A stretch of 34,700 nucleotides of DNA, taken from NCBI GenBank assembly GCA_039801565.1, contig JBDRUX010000012.1:1-34700 (forward strand). Direction: 5' to 3'. The translations under genes and the position numbers were made by a program. The notes under the pieces were generated by a model. The model was not told where the DNA came from, searched no databases, and saw only the letters and a program-made list of their open reading frames with translations. This DNA comes from a candidate division WOR-3 bacterium. GTDB taxonomy: Bacteria > Hydrothermota > Tepidihabitantia > Tepidihabitantales > JAOUPE01. How positions within the stretch are numbered: position 1 is the stretch's first letter; the number at the start of each line of letters is the position of its first letter. Below, piece by piece: positions 27,446 to 34,700 of this stretch.

Positions 27446-28216
27446 TTATACCTTGGGCAGCTTGTATTTAAAGGCGAATTTAAGAAAGGCCAGCGAATGC
27501 TGGAAAAATCTTGGATTGAATATTGAATTACTGCTTCTTTGATAGTGATGAATCACCTTTGTTGCCGGGTAATAATAAATTTCCCAACCTTTTTGCCAAG
27601 CCCGCCAACACCAAGCAACATCTTCAAAACCAAAGGGACTGAATTCATCGAAAAGACCAATAGCATCAATTGCTTTTCGGCTCATTAAAAGAAAAGCGCC
27701 TTGTACCCAATCAACCCTTCTTATCGTATTGTGGTCCCAATCGAGCATAAGATGCTTTTTAATGATTGGGTGATTTGGAAACAGTTTGCCCAAAAAGGTT
27801 CGACGAAAGATTATGGTTCGTAAGTCGTAAAAGGTTCGGCAGGAGTACTGCAAATGACCTTGGGGTGTTAATAATTTTACTCCTACTGCCGCACATTTAG
27901 GATTTTTTCTCAAAAATGTTATTACGCTGGTAAGATCATCCAATACTTCGGTATCGGCATCCAGCATTAAGAGATATTCACCACGGGCATTTTTAATTCC
28001 AATATTTCGCATCCGGGCAATACCAAAGTAATGGTGATTGATAACCCGAACCGCAGGAAAATTAGCCGTCAGCAAAGTCAGGTCAGAATTACGGGTTGGT
28101 TTGTTGATGATGATTATTTCATAATCTTGCCGGTGCTGGGATTGATAAAGACTGTTCAAACAGGCGAATAGTTTATTCTCCATACCATAATTTATTATGA
28201 TGATTGATAATTCCAT
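27446..28216 (-). CDS. Glycosyltransferase family 2 (WbbL/rhamnosyltransferase-like)
   Basis: LSIIIINY, MLDADT, VDWVQGAFLL, FEDVAWC. Confidence 0.92.
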   Translation of the reverse strand: MELSIIIINYGMENKLFACLNSLYQSQHRQDYEIIIINKPTRNSDLTLLTANFPAVRVINHHYFGIARMRNIGIKNARGEYLLMLDADTEVLDDLTSVITFLRKNPKCAAVGVKLLTPQGHLQYSCRTFYDLRTIIFRRTFLGKLFPNHPIIKKHLMLDWDHNTIRRVDWVQGAFLLMSRKAIDAIGLFDEFSPFGFEDVAWCWRAWQKGWEIYYYPATKVIHHYQRSSNSIFNPRFFQHSLAFLKFAFKYKLPKV

Positions 28217-28218
28217 CG

Positions 28219-31200
28219 TCAGCTGGAAATTGGAATAAGTTCACCGCGAGCGGTAAAAAGGAGATAAGTAGCAACATTTTGAGTTTCAAAAATCGAAGCA
28301 ACTGCCTCACGGTATATAGCAAGTTGTTGGGCGTATTCGGTTAGAAAAGATGGTAGTTCTTCGTCGCGAAGCGGGAAAGTTTTATAGTCATAAATCTTAA
28401 TTTCACCTTCCATTCGAATGATGCGGTCGATACGACCACTATAGATTATTTTGCCCTTTTTTAAGATGAAAGGCAACTCAGCATAACTACCAGGTTGGGG
28501 TGAAATGATTGATAAAAGCCCCTTATTAGCTAAAAGTCGGAATTGGTCGGAAATCCGCTCGAGCCAAATTGACAGTTGGTCTTGCATCAACCCAAAAGCA
28601 AAGAGAAGGTGACGAGCCCGAGTTAAAATTTGCTCTAACTCATTGTTTAGGACTAAATTCCCTTGGGCAATTTCTGCAAATAATTGATGCATCACTTCGC
28701 CAAAGATTGTCCAACTTTCTTCGGATTTTCTTTTTACCTCTTCTAATTCTCTTGTAACAATTCGCCATTCAAACTGAGGCAGATAGGGGAGAGGACCGGA
28801 TTGGATGATAGGCAGTTGGCCACAAAACGGGATGACAAGTTTCGGTTTAATTTTCTCGTATTCTTTTTCGACTGTCGCTTCTTCAACAATTGCGACTGGG
28901 CAATTTGATGTTAACGAGAATTTTCCATCTACTTTCTTTAGACCCAATGTTTCAATTAGCCAACTAAGTCGGCTTGGACTATTTATCTTATCCTGCCAGA
29001 CACCGGAAAGGAATAGATGGTCGCGAGCCCGTGTGACTGCGACATAAAAAAGTCGCTTGGCTTCTTCTAATTCTTTAGCTTCTCTTTCAATAAAAAGTTT
29101 TGTCTCCTTACGCAAATTCGGTTCCGGTTGAAAGGCTAAGACCACTTCATCTTCCGAAAGTTCTTCTAAGAGAATTGATTGGTCCGAACCGGTCTTAATC
29201 TCAATGTTTTCGTCCAAACCAGGAATAAAGACAATTGGAAATTGCAAGCCTTTTGCTGCATGAATCGTCATTATCCGCACGGCATCTTTGCCCTCAATTC
29301 GAATATTAGCTTTTGGCTCGTTTTCCTTTTCAATACTCTTTTGTAAATAGTCCTTTAATCTTAGTGGATGTTGCCCAGTGGTTTCCAAATCCTCAACCAA
29401 TCGAATAAATTTTTTGACATTGGCAAGCCGTTGAGGCTCCGAAAAGATCCGCCAGCCCGATTTAATCTTTAGCATCTCCTCGATGATATGGGCTAAGGGG
29501 CGGTGATTTACTGCTGAAAGCCAATCCGCCAATTGTTTTACTTCTTCTTTTCGTTTACCAAGGGTCTCGCTATAATTTTGCAATCGTTCCCAAAGGGTTA
29601 AACCAGAAGCCTGGCTAATCATTAAGATTTCGTTTTCGGATAAACCAAAGACCGGATTGCGCAATAATACATAAAGATTGAAATCAGAACTTGGGTCAGC
29701 TAAGAAACTGACAAAAGCCCGCAGGAATGAGACTTCAGGCGTGCCATGAAAACCGATTCCCTTCACTACCACAAATGGGATATTATGATTATGGAGAGCA
29801 TTTTCCAAGACATCGAGATAGGTCCGTTTGCGTAAAAGAATAGTTATGTCTTGATACCGGCAGGGTAAGGGATTCTCTTTGTCATCATAGACATTAATTC
29901 GACCAACGATGGTCGCAATCCTTTTGGCGATAAGCTCGGCTTCTTTTTGTCTCCGTTCCAACATCTTGGCTTTAGCCATTTTGATTAACAGCATTTCGAC
30001 CGAACCAGGGTCTTCATTCTTTCTTTGTCGGACAAAGGGTGCATAACGAGTTTTGAATGCCGGGGCTTCAGGGTCTGGTCTCATCAATTGGGCGAAAACC
30101 AGATTGGTGAAATCAATGATTGACTGCAAACTGCGGTAATTAGTATCAACTACTTCATATTCAAATTTACCGGGTTCATACCAGGCAGTGAGTTTTGCTT
30201 TGGCGTTAGCAAAAACTTGGGCATTGGCACCGCGAAAATAGTAGATTGATTGTTTATCATCACCAACTAAAAAGATTGAAGGCTCGATAGCACGACTCCT
30301 TTTTGCTCCCAAACCCGAACGCCATTCTTCACTTAATTTATCAATAATACTCCATTGGAGAAAACTGGTGTCTTGAAATTCGTCCACTAAAATATGGTCG
30401 GTATGTTCGTCAAACGAATAAAGGATATTCGACCATTCGGGATTTTTGGTGATAAGGTCATAAGTGAGTAATTCTAAATCGGTGAAATCAGCCTGACCAT
30501 TTTCTCTTTCCCGCCTTTCATATTCATTGAGAAAGCGTCGCTTGAAGAGATAGAAGATTTGTAATGCCCGAATTGTGCTTGTGTACGAAATGACGAGTTT
30601 CCGATATTCGGCCATCTTTTCCGCCCAAGTCCGTTCTTCTTGATTAAATCCTTGTTTCCTCGGTGTATTATTCTGGGTCAAGAATACTGAAGAGCAGAGG
30701 TCCAGCTTCTCCTTAACTTTGTTTAACTGAGTAATAGTCAGACGACTTGGGAACAATTCAGCGTAATTTTTTATCCGGCCACGTCCAATTGGACTATCGT
30801 AAAGCTCAGAGATTAAATTCTCAAGCCCCTTCTGTTCGGTAAGTATGACCTTGGCTCTTTTTGCCGCCGCCCGTCGGTCAAAAAGTACTTCTAAGATGCG
30901 GCGTAACACTGACCAACCGCGAAAACCTTCTTGAGCAATCAACTCTAATATCATATTGTAGTATTTGCTATTCGGCTCAGTTTCGGCAATGGTGCGTAAA
31001 GTATCATCTACCACATCGAACCAAAGCACGGTTGGATCATCAAGTACCTTTATCTCCGGTTCCAAACCAATAAATGGCGCAAATCTTTCCAAAAAGGATA
31101 AGCAAAAACTATGGATTGTCGAGATTCTTAGTTTTAAGGCATTGCGTTTTAACTCTTTTAATTTCTCCGGGTTCTCTTGGGCAAGGATTTTAAAAATTCG

Positions 31201-31359
31201 GTCCTTCATCTCCGCGGCTGCCTTTTCAGTAAAAGTTATGGTCAAGATTCGTTCGGGTTTAACATCCATAGCTAATAATTGCAGATAGCGCCGGGCTAAT
31301 CGTTCCGTCTTTCCTGAACCGGCGGGTGACAAGACAATCTTACTCTTGATTATTGCCAT
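28219..31359 (-). CDS. addA: UvrD-family helicase/nuclease, AddA-like
   Basis: SPAGSGKT, ITFTEKAAAEM, STIHSF, VDEFQD, VGDDKQSIY.FRGA, NYRS, MTIHAAKGL, YVAVTRARD; C-terminal GRIDR...DYKT nuclease. Confidence 0.9.
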   Translation of the reverse strand: MAIIKSKIVLSPAGSGKTERLARRYLQLLAMDVKPERILTITFTEKAAAEMKDRIFKILAQENPEKLKELKRNALKLRISTIHSFCLSFLERFAPFIGLEPEIKVLDDPTVLWFDVVDDTLRTIAETEPNSKYYNMILELIAQEGFRGWSVLRRILEVLFDRRAAAKRAKVILTEQKGLENLISELYDSPIGRGRIKNYAELFPSRLTITQLNKVKEKLDLCSSVFLTQNNTPRKQGFNQEERTWAEKMAEYRKLVISYTSTIRALQIFYLFKRRFLNEYERRERENGQADFTDLELLTYDLITKNPEWSNILYSFDEHTDHILVDEFQDTSFLQWSIIDKLSEEWRSGLGAKRSRAIEPSIFLVGDDKQSIYYFRGANAQVFANAKAKLTAWYEPGKFEYEVVDTNYRSLQSIIDFTNLVFAQLMRPDPEAPAFKTRYAPFVRQRKNEDPGSVEMLLIKMAKAKMLERRQKEAELIAKRIATIVGRINVYDDKENPLPCRYQDITILLRKRTYLDVLENALHNHNIPFVVVKGIGFHGTPEVSFLRAFVSFLADPSSDFNLYVLLRNPVFGLSENEILMISQASGLTLWERLQNYSETLGKRKEEVKQLADWLSAVNHRPLAHIIEEMLKIKSGWRIFSEPQRLANVKKFIRLVEDLETTGQHPLRLKDYLQKSIEKENEPKANIRIEGKDAVRIMTIHAAKGLQFPIVFIPGLDENIEIKTGSDQSILLEELSEDEVVLAFQPEPNLRKETKLFIEREAKELEEAKRLFYVAVTRARDHLFLSGVWQDKINSPSRLSWLIETLGLKKVDGKFSLTSNCPVAIVEEATVEKEYEKIKPKLVIPFCGQLPIIQSGPLPYLPQFEWRIVTRELEEVKRKSEESWTIFGEVMHQLFAEIAQGNLVLNNELEQILTRARHLLFAFGLMQDQLSIWLERISDQFRLLANKGLLSIISPQPGSYAELPFILKKGKIIYSGRIDRIIRMEGEIKIYDYKTFPLRDEELPSFLTEYAQQLAIYREAVASIFETQNVATYLLFTARGELIPISS

Positions 31360-34156
31360 AGACGGTTACATTGGTTGGTTTAGCGCATAAGGCATTATAC
31401 TCGCAATCTCGACAGTCCTGTTTTTCCGAAGGCAAAGCCGAAAATTTGCCTTGCAAAATACCCTTTACTGCGGCCGAAGCAAAATTTACCGCTGACCGAA
31501 TTAATTCATCTAAATCGTTCTTACCTTTTACTAACCAATATATCTTCATATCCCGTAACGAGTAAATTCCAATGTCATCGATGACAAAATTGGGTTTAGT
31601 TAATTGGACCAATTTAGCATATAAGGGAAGTTGGAGATGGGTGCCAGATTCTTTAATATCTTTTATATTAACATAACTGCGACCGGTTTTATAATCTAAG
31701 ATTCGCAATCTTTTGCCCGAGCGGTCAATTCGGTCAAACCGACCCTTGATGCGTAAATCAGGAATTATCTCGTAACGCAAATGAGTTTCTAATTGATAGG
31801 GTGTAAAACCATCGTTTCTCAATGCAGTTTCGATTTGAATAAACTCGGGAGTAATCCGAGCGAAAATTTTTTTGGCAACCTCCTGCCAGAAATGGGAAAT
31901 TTTCTCTTCATTAAGAACACGAGCCAATGCCATTTCGATTTTTGCTGGAATTTCGGTAATTGGCACAGCGCCATCTTGGTAAAGAAGTTCGAACACACGA
32001 TGGGTAATTTTCCCCCAAAACAGCGCATCAATTTCGTATAACGGCATCGTCTCGGGCGCTAATTCTAAGACATTTTCAATATAAAAGATAAACGGACACT
32101 GCCGATATTTTTCCAATTCGGTAACGCTAAAATAATTTTTGCCACCGTATTTCTGATTAAGAACTGAACCAGCGAGCTTATCTTGAGAAAAGTCAACCTC
32201 AGAAAGTAAGCGAGGAAAACTGATATTTTCCTTTTGCCCTTGAAAGCAACCAACTTCCTCCTCAGATAATAAATAATTATCTGGTTCAACCAAAGATGGC
32301 GGTCCTTCTAAAAATGGCGACGGTAGCAATAACCGGTCGCCTTCTTCTTGAGCATGAGTGAGAAATGGCTCATTTTTCGTGGAATTGATGAGTCTTAAGT
32401 AATCCAATTCTTGTAATCGAAAATGGTAATCAATATCCGGAAAACCTAAATACTTTCTTACTACTTCGGAGAGTAATGGGTCTTTGGCAGGACGATTCGG
32501 AAAACTGCCTTCAATCAATCCACCAAAGTAAAGTTCTTCAAAATCTAAACCAATCGTATCTTTAATATCAATTACCCGTACTCCTTGTTCTTTTCTTTCT
32601 AACTCGTATTCTTTACGGTCGAATAAGAAATCAAGCAGTTTGATGAACTCGGGTAAGGTATAAGATTTACTGCCAAAAGTTTTGCCTAAGGTTTGAAGTT
32701 GATTAAAGGTTGTTTGGATTAAATCATATTCATAACGCAAAGTTGGGTCAGCACGCACGACTCGTTCAGATAGTCCTAAACTTGCCAGCAAATCTTTTAA
32801 AGCGGTGACCCAATCAACGATATTCGCTTGCCCTTTGTCGAAATCTTTAATTTCCTCCAAAAATTGCCTTATTCCTTTTTCGGTCGCGGTTAACAAATTT
32901 TTTTCATTAGCAGAAAGTTCATCTTCAAAATAGGTCTCGAACCGTTTTTGTAAATAGAACCAATTCTCTTTACCTTTGGTAATCTTAGCTTGTTTCGCAA
33001 ACAGGATGGTATATTTTTTGACAACTTGGGAGAGATTTTGGAAAAATGGATTGGTTAATGTAATCGTGGTTGAAAGGCTTGGACAATCCTCGGCAATTGT
33101 TTTTAGCAACTCAATGACGGCAATTGCCAAAGCTGAGGTTTTTAAGTTCTTTTTCGGGATAAGGGTATAAGGGATACCATATTTAGGAAAGATTCGGTCC
33201 ACTATTGGTGCATAAGTAGCAAGTTGCGGAAAAGTGACAACTGTTTTATCTAAATTGAGATTATTTTCAATGTACCGTTTTTTAATCTGGCGGGCAATTC
33301 CTTCAACTTCTTCTTCCAACGAACCAAAACCATAATATCTTACGGAGCCACGAAATTCAAATTCCTTAGGTAGTTTTTTGATTGTGAAATCGTTTAAGCC
33401 TTGGAAAAATTGCCAAAAGCGATTCGGAGTGGCTTGGCTAACCTCGTCCAAGAGCGACTGATTTTTACCTTCTGCCAATATCTCTTTTTCCTCCCACCAG
33501 TAAACTACGGCAACGGTCTTCTTTGCTTTCATGACTAAAGATTTTAGAATCTCAACTTCGACTGGGGTCAAATCAATAAAACCTTCTAAGATAAGATTGA
33601 ACTCGTTAAGATTCTTGACCAAATTCGGTACATTGAGTAGGACATCTTCACTGTCCAGCCAACCATTTTTGTTTAGCGTCTGGTTATAATCCTTAAAAAT
33701 CTTAAAAGCTTCATCAATTCGTTTCAAAGTTGGCTCGTAACCAGCTAACCGGTCTTCAATCGCTTTTTTGATTGATTCCGTTTTCTCATGATATAGATAA
33801 AGTTTGATTTCTTTGATAAAGTTAGCGATGCGTTGGGCATAACCGATAGTGATCTTAGGATTTAAGGTTTGAATTAAGACCGGTTTTAAGAAATCGGGTA
33901 GGATAAACTTATCACCATAGGTAGAATAAAGCTGAATGGCAAAATCTTTAATCGTAAAGAACTGGGGTGGGATAAAGGCTTGGGCTTTGACCCATTGACT
34001 AAATTGCATTCGGGTTTCTTTCACCTTGCGCGGCGTGGCGGCAATATATAGGATTGAAGAGAAATCTTTCTCTTGGGTCAAGTCGCAAATATCTTGGAAT
34101 AAACTCAAGGTGATTTTAGATTGACCGAGGGGCGTAACAAAAATCTTACCTTGCAC
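31340..34156 (-). CDS. addB: AddB-like inactive helicase plus PD-(D/E)XK nuclease with Fe-S cysteines
   Basis: SVTELEKYRQCPF, KGRFDRID, LDYKTG, LQLPLY, CRDCEYNALC. Overlaps the addA start. Confidence 0.85.
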   Translation of the reverse strand: MQGKIFVTPLGQSKITLSLFQDICDLTQEKDFSSILYIAATPRKVKETRMQFSQWVKAQAFIPPQFFTIKDFAIQLYSTYGDKFILPDFLKPVLIQTLNPKITIGYAQRIANFIKEIKLYLYHEKTESIKKAIEDRLAGYEPTLKRIDEAFKIFKDYNQTLNKNGWLDSEDVLLNVPNLVKNLNEFNLILEGFIDLTPVEVEILKSLVMKAKKTVAVVYWWEEKEILAEGKNQSLLDEVSQATPNRFWQFFQGLNDFTIKKLPKEFEFRGSVRYYGFGSLEEEVEGIARQIKKRYIENNLNLDKTVVTFPQLATYAPIVDRIFPKYGIPYTLIPKKNLKTSALAIAVIELLKTIAEDCPSLSTTITLTNPFFQNLSQVVKKYTILFAKQAKITKGKENWFYLQKRFETYFEDELSANEKNLLTATEKGIRQFLEEIKDFDKGQANIVDWVTALKDLLASLGLSERVVRADPTLRYEYDLIQTTFNQLQTLGKTFGSKSYTLPEFIKLLDFLFDRKEYELERKEQGVRVIDIKDTIGLDFEELYFGGLIEGSFPNRPAKDPLLSEVVRKYLGFPDIDYHFRLQELDYLRLINSTKNEPFLTHAQEEGDRLLLPSPFLEGPPSLVEPDNYLLSEEEVGCFQGQKENISFPRLLSEVDFSQDKLAGSVLNQKYGGKNYFSVTELEKYRQCPFIFYIENVLELAPETMPLYEIDALFWGKITHRVFELLYQDGAVPITEIPAKIEMALARVLNEEKISHFWQEVAKKIFARITPEFIQIETALRNDGFTPYQLETHLRYEIIPDLRIKGRFDRIDRSGKRLRILDYKTGRSYVNIKDIKESGTHLQLPLYAKLVQLTKPNFVIDDIGIYSLRDMKIYWLVKGKNDLDELIRSAVNFASAAVKGILQGKFSALPSEKQDCRDCEYNALCAKPTNVTVYGNNQE

Positions 34157-34476
34157 AATTAGATAATAAAGCGAGAAAGTGACAAGTCAAGACCGTTGTG
34201 AAAAACGAAATGAAAATATATTTTCATCAGAAGGTTCAATGGTTATCCTTTAATCGTATTGGATGAAATCAACTGTACTATCAGGAATTTGATTTTAATC
34301 TTGCCCAGTGACTTCCGGTCGCGGCAAATTAGCCTTTTTTCGCAATGCTTTAAGTTTTTCCGCAATTTCTTGTCAAAACCAACATCACAAAATGTTAGTT
34401 AAAACTAACACAAAAATCAAGCCAGAAATTCTTTTAACTATATGATACCTTAATGTCTTATATCAAATTCTGCTTC

Positions 34477-34589
34477 GGGAGGGGGTATAGCCTCGGGGCT
34501 GTCCCGTAGGCTACCCCCTAAACTGCCTCGTAGATAGCTTCGGGAGTAGCCTTGGAGGTTAATTTCTGAGTTGGTTGGTAAGCGAGCTT
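34477..34589. repeat. Degenerate 12-bp tandem array 3 (~9 units, cut by IS256)
   Basis: GGGAGGGGGTAT head as at 74; units GTAGGCTACCCC, CTAAACTGCCTC, GTAGATAGCTTC, GGGAGTAGCCTT, GGAGGTTAATTT, CTGAGTTGGTTG, GTAAGC... Confidence 0.85.
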
Positions 34590-34700
34590 CTGTCAATGTT
34601 TGTGGAAATTTTTTGACCACCATTAAGCAGTTTCCTTTCGTGCCTTGATTTCAATACCATTCCGATACTTCACACCAGCAATTACCATCGCCGCTAATTC
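34584..34700 (-). mobile_element. End of an IS256-family element with transposase C-terminus (runs off the window)
   Basis: Minus frame 34700-34623 reads ELAAMVIAGVKYRNGIEIKARKETA*, like IS256 C-termini, followed by an IS256-like end TTTCCACAAACATTGACAGAAGCTC. Confidence 0.65.

Noticed and set aside
1057..33170. Many short ORF-track entries overlapping larger genes (e.g. 10316-10669, 11672-12046, 15346-15714, 21557-22093, 26258-26659)
   Set aside because: Antisense or out-of-frame shadows of well-supported genes, with no motifs or initiation signals.

Overview
Bacterial chromosomal window. The Kelch-type 'KGGNTNE.W' propeller and FlgD-Ig-tailed secreted proteins suggest a WOR-3/FCB-like lineage (inference). 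Right part (15.6-34.2 kb) is mostly housekeeping: rmuC, two DUF2229-type CoA-activase/dehydratase components, secreted hydrolases, glyQ, an HD protein, RNase P RNA, a B12-radical SAM enzyme, a GT2 and an AddAB-like helicase-nuclease pair. Left part is accessory: a 2138-aa modular secreted protein, a decayed integron (integrase remnant, attI-like site, one attC, two cassettes, one hit by an IS), an AAA-DUF4143 ATPase and a DUF6922/AbiEii pair between ~140-bp direct repeats. The most striking signal is a stand-alone 123-aa gene (15146-15517) resembling the SIRV2-type major capsid protein of archaeal filamentous viruses (Adnaviria), whose dimers wrap DNA in A-form at 12 bp per dimer. The same window holds three non-coding, G-rich arrays of degenerate, pseudo-palindromic 12-bp units with related leaders. 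Together they may be an undescribed bacterial DNA-coating system. The capsid resemblance rests on a remembered sequence and the link to the arrays is a hypothesis.
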